Assembly (NCBI GenBank): GCA_038087875.1 | Contig: JAXLNO010000173.1 | Coordinates: forward strand, 248,001-312,000 | Length of the DNA stretch: 64,000 bases | Origin: Malacoraja senta | Lineage: Eukaryota | Direction: 5' to 3' | Shown here: one piece after another, positions 49,529 through 61,490 of the stretch | Layout of the letters: each line of letters opens with the position of its first letter | Numbering within the stretch: position 1 is the stretch's first letter | Made by a program: the position numbers and the translations under genes | The notes under the pieces: model-generated | The model's input: only the letters and a program-made list of their open reading frames with translations | The model's database searches: none | Told to the model about the DNA's origin: nothing

Positions 49529-51069
49529 TTACTGTTGAGTAAAAGCAACTTTAGAGGCATGGGGGAGGAGCTGGCTAAAGTTGAAAGGGACCCAAACAGG
49601 AAAGACGGTGGAGCAACAATGGCGGGAGTTTCTGGCAGTAACTTGGAAGACGCAGGATCTTTTCATCCCTAAGAAAAATAAAGATTGGGAGAACGAGGTG
49701 ACAACGGAAGTCAATAGCAGCAGAAATCTAAAAGCGAAGGCACATAATATTTCCAAGATTACGTGGAAGCCAGAGGAATGGGTAGCTTTTAAAAACCAAC
49801 AGAAGGTAACTAAAAAGGCAATGCAGGGGGAAAAGATGAAATATGAAGGTATGGTAGCCAATAATATAACAGATAGCAAAGATCTCTTAAAATACGTGAA
49901 GAATAAAAGGGATGCAAGGATGGATATTGGACAGTTGAAAATGATGCTGAAGAAGTAGTAATGGGGAATGAAGAAATGGCAGATGAACTGAATAAGTATT
50001 TTGCATCAGTCTTCACAGCCAAAGACACCAGCAAGGTGCCGGAAATTCAAGAGAGTTAGTGGACAGAAGTTAGTGGAGTTGCTATTACTAAAGAGAATAT
50101 GCTTGGGAAGCTGAAAGGTCTGACGTAGATAAGTCACCTGTACTACGTGGACGACACCCCAGGGTTCTGAATGAGGTTGTTTCAGGGATTGTGGAGGCAT
50201 TAATGGTAATGTTTAGAATCAATGGAGACAGGAGTCATCCCAGAGGACTGGGAAATTGCAAATGTTTCTCACTGTTCACGAAGGAAGCAAAGTGAAAGAG
50301 AGGAAACTACAGGCTCGTTAGCCTAAACTATAGGCTGGTTAGCCTAAACACTCAGTGTTTAGTAAGATTTTAGATTCCACTAGTTAGAATGAAATTTCTG
50401 AGTACTTAGAGGCATATGATGAAATTGGCAGAGTTCAGCATGGGTTTGTCAAAGGGAGGACTTGCCTGCTGAATCTGTTGGAATTCTTTGAGGAATTAAA
50501 TAACAGGATAGACAAAGGAGGATAGTGGATGTTGTTTACCTGAGTTTTCAGAGGACCTTTCATGAGAATGAGATGGTGAGAGCCCATGGTATTAGAGGGA
50601 AGATACTAGCATGGATAGAAGGTTGGCTGAATGACAGAAGGCAAAGAGTGTGAATAAAGGGGGCTTTTCTGGTTGGCAGTTGGTAACCAGTGATGTTCCA
50701 CATGGGCCGGTGTTCGGGCCACTGCTCTTCACGTTGTATATCAATGATTTGTATGAGGGAACTAAAGGCTTTGTGGCCAGGTTTGCAGATGACTGATGGA
50801 GGGACAGATAGTGTAGAGGAAGCAGAGGGTCTGCAGAAGGACTTCGACAAGTTGGAAGAGTGGGCAAAGAAGTGGCAGATGGAATACAGTGTCGTGAAAT
50901 GTGCAATCATGCACTTTGTTAGTAAAAAAAAAAGCCGTAGACAATTTACTAAATTGGGAGAGGGTTCAGAAGTCGGAGTTGCAGAGGGACTTGTGAGTGC
51001 TGGTGCAAGTTTCCCAAAAGGTTAATTTGCAAATTGAATCGATAGTAAGGAAGGTAAAAAGAATGTTAG

Positions 51070-51233
51070 ATAGATAGATAGATAGCCCTTTATTGTCATT
51101 CAGACCGAAGTCTGAACGAAATTGCAACAGTCATACATAAAACAACAATAAACACATATTAACATCCACCACAGTGAGTCCACCCAACATCTCCTCACTG
51201 TGATGGAGGCAAAAGTCTTAGGTCTGCAGACTT
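51070..51233 (-). mobile_element. Short 3' copy of the GC-rich Rex1-tailed family
   Basis: TSD ATGTTAG at 51063-51069 and 51234-51240, (CTAT)n tail, hairpin at 51096-51119. Confidence 0.8.
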
Positions 51234-51364
51234 ATGTTAGCGTTTATTTATGAGAGGATTAGAATATAAAATCAAGAATATAATGCTTAGGCAATTTAAA
51301 GCACTGGTCAGACTGTATTTGGAAATGGTGCACAGTTTTTGGAACCATGACTGAGGAGGGATTA

Positions 51365-51560
51365 GTTCAGTTTAGTTTAGAGATACAGTGCAGAAACAGG
51401 CCCTTTCGGCCCACTGGGTCTGCACTGACCAGCGATCCCCGCACATTAACATTATCTTATACCCGCTAGGGACATTTTTTACATTTACCAAGCCAATTAA
51501 CCTACATACCTGTACGTCTTTGGAGTGTGGGAGGAAACCAAAGATCTCAGAAAAAAACGG
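51365..51560 (-). mobile_element. V-SINE 3' part
   Basis: Reverse complement of 31490-31682. Confidence 0.85.
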
Positions 51561-51689
51561 TGATCTCCGAGGGGGACCACAGTGAAACTTGAAAGACCTG
51601 GATAGAGTGGATATGGAGAGCATGTTTCCATTTCTGGGAGTGTCCAGGTCTAGAGGGTGCAACCTCAGAACAAAAGAATGTACCTTTAC

Positions 51690-52222
51690 AAGTTCACAAG
51701 TTATATGAGTAGATTTAGACCATCAGGCCCATCAAGTCCACTCTGCCATTCAATCATGGCTGATCTCTGCCTCCTAATCCAATTTTCCTGCTTTCTCCCC
51801 ATAATCCTTGACACCTGTTCTAATCAAGAATTTGCATATCTATGCCTTAGAAATACGTACTGACGGCCTCCACAGCCCTCTGTGGCAATAAATTCCACAG
51901 ATTGACTATCCTCTGACTAAAAAGGTTCCTCCTCATCTCCTTGCTAAATGAGCGTCCTTTAATTCTGAGGCTATGATCCCTGGTCCTAGACTCTACCACC
52001 AGTGGAAACATACTTTCCATATCCACTCTATCTATGCTTTTCATTATTCTGTAAGCTTCAATGAGGTCCCCCCTTAACTTACTAAACTCCAGCGAGTAGA
52101 ACCCAGTAATGTCAAACGCTGATCATATGCTAACCCACTCATTCCTGGAATCATTCTTGTAAACCTCTGGACCCTCTCCAGAACCAGCACTTCCTCAAAA
52201 AATGGGGCCCTAATTTACTCAC
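51690..52222 (-). mobile_element. CR1 3' end nested in an opposite-strand CR1
   Basis: MFPLVVESRTRDHSLRIKGRSFSKEMRRN. Confidence 0.85.
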
Positions 52223-53054
52223 AAGAGCATTTGCTTAGAAAGGAGATGAAGAGGAATTTCTTTGGTCGGTGTGGAGAACCTGTGGAATGCATTGCCACAG
52301 AAGGCTAGGGAGGCCGTGATTGAGTTTCTTTAAAGCAGAAATGGATAGATTCTTGATTAGTAAGGATATCAATGTTTATGGGGCGAAGGCAGGAGAATGC
52401 TGTTGAGATGGAAAGATAGACCAGTCATGATTGAATGGCGGAATAGACTCGATGGGCTTAATGGCCTAATTCTGCTCCAGTGACTTATGAACTCGTGAAA
52501 TGTCACTATCCATGTTCTCCAGAGATACTGCTTGACCTGCTGAGTTACTCCAGCACTCTTGTATATTTTTGTACAAACAATCATCTGCAGTTCCTTGTAT
52601 CTCCTGGAACGGTTTGCTCGCGCTCCCAAACTTCACTCTGACAGAGGATTCCACATGCACTCTAGCAGCGATGCACAGGTGATTTCAGGCCAAATCTCTT
52701 CTGCCCTCAACCTGAAATTTAAAACGGATATATTTTCTCTTCTTCTCAGACCTGAAGAAGCAAATTCAACCTGAAATGTGAACATTATTGCTGAATCTCG
52801 GCAGGGTGCCTCATATTCTGAGTGTTTCCGGCACTTTTCTGTTTATTTCATATTTCCTTGATGTGGTTTTGTTTTGATTTTCAAATCCTTTCGAATGAGC
52901 TTTTAGAATGTTTTCAATTGTCTTCGAAACTAGCGAGAAAACTGAGGATAATTGGGAAATAATCAACAAAATGCAGTATAATTCATTAATTAATTTTACA
53001 AGTACTTGTTAAACCTGTTTTCCAATGGTCAGTAGGATGTGATATTGTGCTTAC

Positions 53055-53260
53055 TGGCAGCCTCTGCTTCCTTCCATGAAGCCAATTTTCTATCCATTGA
53101 GCTGTCCAATGGGATCTAACCTTCCACTGCAGCCCACCATGTGGAACCTTCTCGAATGCCTTACTGGAACCCATGTATACAACGCCTACAGCTCTGCCTT
53201 CATTGACCTTTTTGATCACGTCCTCAAAAAGCGAAATCAAGTTTGTGAGCCACAACATCC
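53055..53260 (-). mobile_element. CR1 RT fragment
   Basis: LTNLISLFEDV...KAFEKVPH...WIENWL. Confidence 0.8.
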
Positions 53261-53379
53261 CATGTACAGAACCAAGTCACACGAGCAGAATTAGGTGATA
53301 CTGCCCATCAAGTCTACTCAGCCATTCAATAGTGGCTGATCTATCCCTCTCAACCCTATTATCTTGCCTTTTCCTTCAC

Positions 53380-54975
53380 TTGCAGGAAGTGAGTGCATGG
53401 AAATTTGTCCTAGGTGACTATATTTGGGAAGTGTCTCCAGCTACGATTCCTGATTGACAACATCATGTTGGCTGGACCCCAGGATGGACACATCCCGGTG
53501 CATCTGTAATGCTGAGAGCATCATAGATAGGAGGTTCAGTGAGGTGAGCACAAACAAGGTGCACCTGGTGGGAGCTGGATGACCACCAGGAAAGACAGCA
53601 GATAGGCAGAGCAATCAGGATTCCTCTGTGATGATTCCCCTCACTAACACGTTTATTGGTTCACAAAAAAGCCACAAAGTGTTGGAGTAACTTAGCTGGC
53701 CATGCAGCACCTCTGCAGAACATGGATAAGTGACGTTTTAATGCAGGACCTGAGTCTGAAGAAGAGTCCTGGTCTGACACGTCACCTATCCACGTCCTCC
53801 AGAGATGCTGCCTGACCTGCATAGTTACTCCAGTACTTTGTGTCTTTTTTGAATATCATATTGGGTACAGTTAGGGGGATAATCGTTCAGAGAGGAGCAG
53901 CAGCTACCATGTCTGTGGCACGGTAGCTGGCTTCAATTCACATCAGGGGCGGATGGAGACGGAGAGCTATCGTATTAGGACCCTCGATAGTTAGAGGGAC
54001 AGCAGAAGATTCTATAGTAGCAAATGAGATACCAGGGTGTTACTTTGCCTTTGGGGTGTCACAGTCAAGGATGTCTCTGAGCGGTTGCAGAAAATACTCA
54101 AGTGGAAATGTGAGTATCCAGAGGTCGTTGGACATATTTTGTTTCAAATGACAAAGGTAGGAAAAGGAACAAGGTCCTGCAGTGTGAATAAAGGAAATTA
54201 GTTTCTTTAGTTTATTGTAACGTGTAGGTATGGTAAAAAATATCGAGTCAGTGGACACACTGATCCCACGGGCAGTAATCTCTGCATTAATTCAGGTGTC
54301 AAGTGCCAGTGGGAAGAGGGAGAGAAGCACAGGACAGGTGAACACGTGACTGAGGGGCTGGTGTTCAAGTTTTTGGACCATTGGCATCTCTTCTGGGGTG
54401 ACCTGTACAGGAGGGGTGTGTTGCACCTGAGCTAGAGCGGGAGAAATAGCCTGGCAGAGAGATATGCCGAGGCTACATAGGTGGGTCAAATTAGTGTCTG
54501 GACTATGGGACGCAAATCAGTGGTGAGGCAGATAAGAAGGTTGAGCCAAGTACACGTTCAAGTGGACAAGTTTGGCAGACAGTTCTTCCAGCTACGTGGC
54601 AGGGAACGAGAATGGTCTGTGTGGGTAGGAACTGCAAATGCTGGTTTAAGCCAGACAGAGACACAAAATGCTGGAGTAACTCAGCGGGACATGCAGCATC
54701 ACTGGAGAGAAGGTCTCCAACGAGAATGGTCTGATGATTTCACCTGCATTTATTTCAATGCCGGACTGATGGAGGAATTCTGGAAATGGGTTGAAACATG
54801 AGGATGGAATACAATGGTTCATTGTGTGGTTCATGGCGTCAGGACACGCAGCTCAATGTTCCGGGGCAGAAGCAATGGACCTGGAGGTAAGATTCAAGGG
54901 GAACTTTTACTGCGGGACCAGGGTGATAATGGCGATAGCATGGTCAGTATCTTCGAAGATGACACTGAAATTGGA
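53380..54975 (+). mobile_element. Heavily decayed CR1 ORF1 region and RT scraps
   Basis: Nucleotide similarity to the CR1 ORF1 esterase region (ttggaccattggcatctcttctgggg) and SIFEDDTEIG. Confidence 0.55.
53673..53842. repeat. Inverted pair of Penelope terminal repeats
   Basis: 53673-53736 is an imperfect reverse complement of 53779-53842, with ctgaagaag between them. Confidence 0.75.
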
Positions 54976-55027
54976 AGGATACATAGTGGCAGATTATTAT
55001 ATCGTTCAAGGAATTGCTCCCTCAAGC

Positions 55028-55891
55028 CATGGACGGAAATCCTGTGGGCGAACGGGGGGATGGGGGGGGGGGGGGCACACACCCCCTCCATGTTCTGAGA
55101 AGTTGGGGACAATCCCCACCATGTTTTGTAATCAGGATTTTGAAATTCGATGAAAAAAAAACTATTAAAATCACCGCTTTCCACGAGATAGTCAGGGGTG
55201 TCACTGTTAAGCGCTTGTGAAATGTCTCTATTAACACCGTATTAGCACGATGTGTCACCAATTGTGTTTTGACCTTCGAATTGTGTCTGACGTGGGTACA
55301 ATTAGCATTTGAACTCATTGGATGTATTGGTGGATGGGAAATATTTAAACGGGTATCGATTAAACGTTAAGTCATTCATTCGTTCGCTCACGTAATTTAG
55401 TATTTTTTCCCATCTCTCTCACCCCCCTCCAAGGTTGGTTCTTCTGTTTCCCTTTATTTGCCTCAGTTTTATTTGTTTCAGTGTTATTTATCACTTTGTA
55501 GCTATTGAAAAATTCAAGCAGGTATCAGACGCTTCCTGAGGGCTGAATCGGACCGTTCATGGGGCCTTTCATCACCTGGCGCGGCTTAAAATCAAAGTGC
55601 TGCATCGAATCGATCGATGCTCCCGATGTTGAAGCCCCCGCCGGCCGATTTTAAGCCACGCAGGGCGATGAAAGGCCCCAAGAACGGGCCGATTCAAGCC
55701 CCACGATTCGGGGCGGACGAAGCTGCTGTTGCTGGAGTTTGGAGTCGGGCACCAACCAGGTCAGTTCCCGATGTTACCGTCCAAAGGGCCCACGGCCAAA
55801 ACCTCCGAAGCCTCGTGTGTGTATGTGTGCATGCGCACGGCTGGCAAGAAATTGTGTCCCCCCAATGGTCTGATAGCAATTTCCGCCCCTG
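55028..55891. mobile_element. hAT-type non-autonomous element
   Basis: TIRs CATGGACGGAAAT and (reverse strand) CAGGGGCGGAAAT. 8-bp TSD CCTCAAGC (55020-55027) / CCTCTAGC (55892-55899). Confidence 0.75.
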
Positions 55892-55943
55892 CCTCTAGCC
55901 ACTAGGAGAAAACATGGGGTGAGGAGATAATGTCGTTTACGCA

Positions 55944-56625
55944 TGTGAGCTCTCCACGAGACTTTTAACGCCGTCGAAAGATAAATTTTCAAACACAGTC
56001 TCTTGATTAATAGTTTATTTATTGTCGGAGTAAAACAGTAAGATATTCATCCAGACTGATCAATGTTAGAAGGCTCAGCATGTGGCTCTGACCCTTCTCT
56101 CGAAAGCTCAGTTTGTCTCCGCATGGCCCCGCATGTTGGAAAGCACTGACCCATGGTTGAAAGATATGCCTCTATCCATGCCTCCTCCGAACTAACTAAA
56201 TAACTGCAAGCTTCACCCACGAATCCCCGCAGCAAACACGCCTCTGACTACATAATAAATCCCACCCACATAATTACAGGCAGAGAAAATTTAAAGGCAA
56301 ATGCCATAATTTATGACACACAAAATTATGCCAAATGGCCACTACATACCGGCCCCTAATTGTTCTGAGTATATAACGAGGCAATTAGTAATAGACATCA
56401 AAAAAGTAGCTATGAAGGCTTAACATATTTCAAAAACAAAAAGTAGCATGCATTATATATCCGCATTCAGACTTCTTCAGCAATTCTTCAATCTTCATCT
56501 TTGCCTTCTAGAAGCAAGCATAACTTGGTTATTGGTCTTATTAAAACATTGTTTATAGTTTGAAGTCGCACCGCGCGCACCAAACCCTTAACATCAGGTA
56601 TGATACCCAGTATATTGTCCAAAAC
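55944..56625 (-). mobile_element. BEL/Pao LTR retrotransposon remnant: pol C-terminus, PPT and 3' LTR (55944-56346)
   Basis: IIPDVKGLVRAVRLQT...RPITKLCLLLE*, then aattaggggccggta|TGTAGT...AATAAA...CTCACA. Confidence 0.8.
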
Positions 56626-57445
56626 ACAAAAGCCCAAATTTATCTTCCTTTCTTTTAAAATCTTTTTATTCGTTTTTTTCCAAAGCAAAAACAAGACAAC
56701 AAAAAAATAATGATAAACATAACAGTGATATTGATACATAGGGATCAGGATTACATTAATGGCAGGTATAACCTAAATATTAGTCCAGTGTCAAAATACA
56801 CATTGAATATAGACCTCTATGTAAATATAGTTAAGTGTTTAAAAGAGAACTTATATGTATAAAAACGAAAAGATGAAAAGAAAAAAAATGAAAAAATGAG
56901 AAAAAATGAAAAAAACAAAACCGCCCTAAACTAAAGGAAAAGAAAAAAAAAACAGAATCTGGGCTGCAAAGAGTTTCAACAATTTAAGTCCCTGTTTGTC
57001 GTCAAGTCCGTTCCACCGTATAAAGGTAAAATAATTATTATCACAGTTGGAGAGGGGACAATTTATGTCGTATGAAAATGTTGAATAAATCTTCCCCAAG
57101 TCCTATCAAATTTAACCAAGGGTTGAACAATGTCACTCCTAATTTTTTCTAAATTTAAACATGATATCGTTTCAGTGTACCAATAGAGTGTGGACGGCGG
57201 ATTAGAGTCTTTCCATTTAAATAAAATAGATCTTCTGGCAATTAATGTGGTAAAAGCAATCAGCTGATGGGCTAACGGGACAGATGAATAGAAGTTAACA
57301 TTGGTAGCCCAAAAATTGCAGTAATAGGATGAGGTTGTAAATCAATACCTAAAACTGCAGAAATAGAATCAAAAATTTATTTCCAATATTTTTCCAAAAG
57401 TGGGCAGGACCAAAACATATGAGTCAATGAGGCCACTTCAGAGTT

Positions 57446-57800
57446 AGGGGACGACAGATGGTGCAATGGGCTAAGTGTTCGGCTGGCAACCGGAAGGTAG
57501 CCGGTTCGAATCCCGCTTGGAGTGCATACTGTCGTTGTGTCCTTGGGCAAGACACTTCACCCACCTTTGCCTGCGTGTGAATGTGTGTGAATGTGTGTGA
57601 GTGATTGGTGGTGGTCGGAGGGGCCGTAGGCGCAGATTAGCAGCCACGCTTCCGTCAGTCTGCCCCAGGGCAGCTGTGGCTACAGAAGTAGCTCACCACC
57701 ACCGAGTGTGACTGAGGAGTGAATGAATAATGCGATGTAAAGCGCCTTGAGTATTAGAAAGGCGCTATATAAATCCCATCCATTATTATTATTATTATTA
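57446..57800 (+). mobile_element. tRNA-derived CORE-type SINE with L2-like tail
   Basis: A box tggtgcaatggg, B box ggttcgaatccc, CORE-like gtgtccttgggcaagacactt, and tail tgtaaagcgccttgag...gcgctatataaat(TTA)n. It interrupts L1 cleanly. Confidence 0.88.
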
Positions 57801-58255
57801 CATCTGTCACAGGTAGTATTTATATGACCATAAAAATGAGCTAACTTATCTTTTGACATATGAGCTCTGTGAACCACCTTGAATTGTATCAAAGCATGTC
57901 TTGCACACATTGAGGAAGTATTAACTAATTGAAGAATCCTCTCCCATTTCTCTATAGATAAAGAAATTTGAAGTTCTCTTTCCCAGTCATTCTTAATTTT
58001 ATCAAATGTATCTTTTTTAAATTTCAAAATCAACTCATAAATAGTTGTTATTAAGCCCTTCTGATAAGGATTCAAAGTAATTTTTTTTCCAAGATATCGG
58101 TTTGTTGTGGTAACGGAAAAAAGGGTAGAGTAGCCCTCAAAAAAGTCTAATGTCTAAATATCTAAAGAAATGTGAGTTATGTAAATTATATTTATTGGAG
58201 AGTTGTTCAAAAGACATAAAACAACCATCTGAAAACAAATCACAAAAAGCTACTA

Positions 58256-59075
58256 TGTGATTGGCCTCATCAGTAACAACGATGAGTCGGCCTATAGGGA
58301 GGAGGTCCAGCTCCTAACAGCATGGTGCGCTGACAACAACCTGGCCCTTAACTCCAAGAAGACCAAGGAGCACATTGTAGACTTCAGGAAGTCTAGGGGC
58401 GGCACGCACACCCCCATCCACATTAACGGGACGGAGGTGGAACGTGTTTCCAGCTTCAGGTTCCTGGGGGTCAACATCTCCGATGACCTCTCTTGGACCC
58501 ACAATACCTCAACTCTGGTCAAGAAGGCTCACCAGCGTCTCTTCTTCCTGAGGAGACTAAAGAAGATCCATCTGTCTCCTCAGATTCTGGTGAACTTCTA
58601 CCGCTGCACCATCGAGAGCATCCTTACCAACTGTATCACAGTATGGTATGGCAACTGCTCTGTCTCGGACCGGAAAGCACTGCAGAGGGTGGTGAAAATT
58701 GCCCAACGCATCACCGGTTCCTCACTCCCCTCCATTGAGTCTGTCCAAAGCAAGCGTTGTCTGCGAAGGGCGCTCAGCATCGCCAAGGACTGCTCTCACC
58801 CCAACCACAGACTGTTTACCTTCCTACCATCCGGGAGGCGCTACAGGTCTCTCCGTTGCGGACCAGCAGGTTCAGGAACAGCTTCTTCCCTGCGGCTGTT
58901 ACACTACTCAACACTGTACCTCGGTGACTGCCAATCACCCCCCCCCCCTCCCCGGGCACTCCTCCCACCAGGATTATCATATTTATGTCGCTCTTCTAGG
59001 GAGATGCTAACTGCATTTCGTTGTCTCTGTACTGTACACTGCACAATGACAATAAAGTTGAATCTGAATCTGAAT
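58256..59075 (+). mobile_element. Rex1/Babar LINE 3' part
   Basis: IGLISNNDESAYREEV...LNSKKTKE...KKAHQRLFFLRRL...FYRCTIESIL, (GAATCT)n tail, probable TSD CTACTA. Confidence 0.93.
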
Positions 59076-60203
59076 CTACTAATCCCTCTTCCATAACAGA
59101 AAGGCTTGATCAGTACTAGAAGGTTAGATATGATAGGACTCGATAATGTAAAATCATTCAATCCAAAAACGTATGAAATTGAAACCATATTCGGAGTGTA
59201 TGTCTTATTATTGGGTTAGTCATATATTTATTCAATCTCGTAATTGTAAAAGGTAACGAGGCCCCTAGAATAGAAGCCAATGATAGCCCTTGCATAGAAT
59301 CACGTTCAAGATTTATCCATCCTGGACATTGGGTATCTTCTAAATCTTTTGTCCAAAACGTTAGATAGCGAGCATGAACTAAGGTTCGGCAGTGCCAAAC
59401 CACCATCTTTTTTTGATTTCTGTAAGTATTTTTTACATAATCTGGAATTTTAAACTGTAAAGGACTTAAAGGACAGCCCTGTCTAGTACCTCGAAAGAGC
59501 CTGAAAAAAGGGCAAACTGCTGTCCTCTCGAAAACTTTAAAAATCGTTGATTGTCGTCTTGCCTTACACGAGTTTCCTGAACAAAGATAATCTGAGCATT
59601 TAGTCTATGAAGAACTTTAAAAAAAATCCTCTTAATGGGATGATTCAAACCATTCACATTCCATGAAAGGAAGTTAATAACTTTATCCATATTATTTGTA
59701 AATATTATGTGGAATGTAAAGGGTTAATTTCTTAAAGCATAATAGTTCATGATACTGGGAGAAAAATCTAAGGCGGAGCCAGAAGTGACGACATTTCAGA
59801 CATTTTTGTAGTTCAAATTGTGCCCAGATAGAAAAAACTAAGCTAGAAGTGAAAGACCCCACCCATGCAAAGCCCGAAACTGACCAGTAGACAGTCAGTA
59901 CGCAACCTAATCCCTTCCCTACCCCCATCTCTCCTAATGACAGCACCCAACGTAAAAATAAGGCATATTTACCACTCAATAGCCAAAACAAAATTAATGT
60001 TATGGTTAAGAAGTGCATGTTAACTGTGGAACACAAGAGCTACTTCATATTATTTATCCAAGGTCAAAATATGAAAAACAAGAACTGCTTCACTTTGTCT
60101 AAAGACAGGGGGGGAATTCCTTCAATTTAAAAAATAGAAAAGCTAAGAAAGAAGATATTAAAAATTAATACATAATACCATTACATTAAATTAACAGTAT
60201 CTT

Positions 60204-60497
60204 AGAGAAGGTAAAAGTTGTTGTTTGATACCATCAAACTAAAATTCTAAAAAGTAATTAAAGAACAACTCATCCAATTAAATTCTTACTCATTTACAAA
60301 ATGATATATTATCAAAATAGGAACAGTAAATCTCCGATTGTAACTTAATCAGAGAAGGTAAAAGTTGTTTGATACCATCATACTAAAATTCTATAAAGTA
60401 AATTAAAGAACAACTCATCCAATTAAATTCTTAATCATTTACAAAATGACATATATTGTCAAAATAGGAACAGTAAATCTCCAATTGTAACTTAATC
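60204..60497. repeat. Tandem duplication, two ~147-bp units, in the L1 inter-ORF region
   Basis: Units 60204-60350 and 60351-60497 both start agagaaggtaaaagttg and end gtaacttaatc. Confidence 0.9.
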
Positions 60498-61490
60498 AGC
60501 TATCAGTAGCTCCCAGTCATGGCTTCACCCCCATAAGCCTCCAGAAAGCTGGAAGCGTCTTGAGGATTGATAAAAAATCGGTTGTTACCATTAAAGAGTC
60601 GTATACGCAGTCTAGCTGGATAAAGTAAGGCGGGTCGCAACTTTTTCTTAAACAACTCACATTACATAATGGATAGACTTTCTCAATTCCAAAAGCTCAT
60701 GGCTGTAATCAGGAACAAACCGAAACTTGCATCCTTCATATTCAACCATGCCCAACTTTTTTGCTGCCTGGAGGATATTCTCCTTCATCTGCAAGAAGTG
60801 AAACCGAATGATCAAATGTCTCAGTTTATCTTGGGGACCAGATTTCTTCCCGATCCTGTGTGCGTTATCCAAAATTGGAAGATTTTCATTGTGCTCGGTG
60901 TTCAAAGTCTCCTTTATAATTTTAGAGGCATATTTTATAACATTATCCCCATCTTGACCTGCCGGCAAACCAACAATTCGCAAATTCAGTCGACGGCTTC
61001 TGTTTTCCAGATCCATATTTTTATTCTTGTATTGCTGGAGTGCCCTAGTATTTTCATTCATTTTCCGGTCCAGTTTTTCAATCTTCAAATCTCTCTCCTG
61101 GCCCAAGATTCGCAAGTTATCAATTTGTTCCTTCTGTTCACGAGATTCATCTTGTAACATAATCAGCTTGTCTTGAACTTCCTTCAATTTGCTCGAAATT
61201 TCTTTCACCATTTCTTCCAAACTGCGAAATCTTGTTTTTATTTCAATTTTCAGTTCATCGTTCATTTTCGATATTGCTTCTAAGATACCAGAGTCAGAAG
61301 CTGCGCCTCCCCCGCGCACCTTCCTTGGAGAAGCTCTTTTCCCTCTTGTCTCCATCCTTTACACGATTGAAGCGTATAAAAGTGTTATCAACACTTTAAG
61401 AAAAGTTAGCCCGTGCCTTGAAATCAAGTAATAACAAGTAACATTGAAAGAGTGGTAAGCAAAAAGTTAAAAGTTAAGGGAGCATACCCG

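Larger units (their letters stand above)
43270..52495 (+). mobile_element. Long old CR1 ORF2 hosting multiple nested insertions
   Basis: Colinear APE-RT-tail pieces at 43270-43462, 48897-49200, 49528-51069, 51234-51362, 51580-51690 and 52222-52495. Confidence 0.8.
56645..61490 (-). mobile_element. Decayed L1 (ORF1 largely intact, ORF2 internally deleted) with SINE and Rex1 insertions
   Basis: ORF 60657-61355 has a coiled coil plus DLENRSRRLNLRIVGLP...AHRIG...PDYS. ORF2 start SWNVNGLNHPIKR lies at 59690 and QFKVVHRAHM...CDRC at about 57800-57900. Confidence 0.9.

Noticed and set aside
56047..56235. 62-aa minus-strand ORF
   Set aside because: It lies inside the BEL/Pao LTR.
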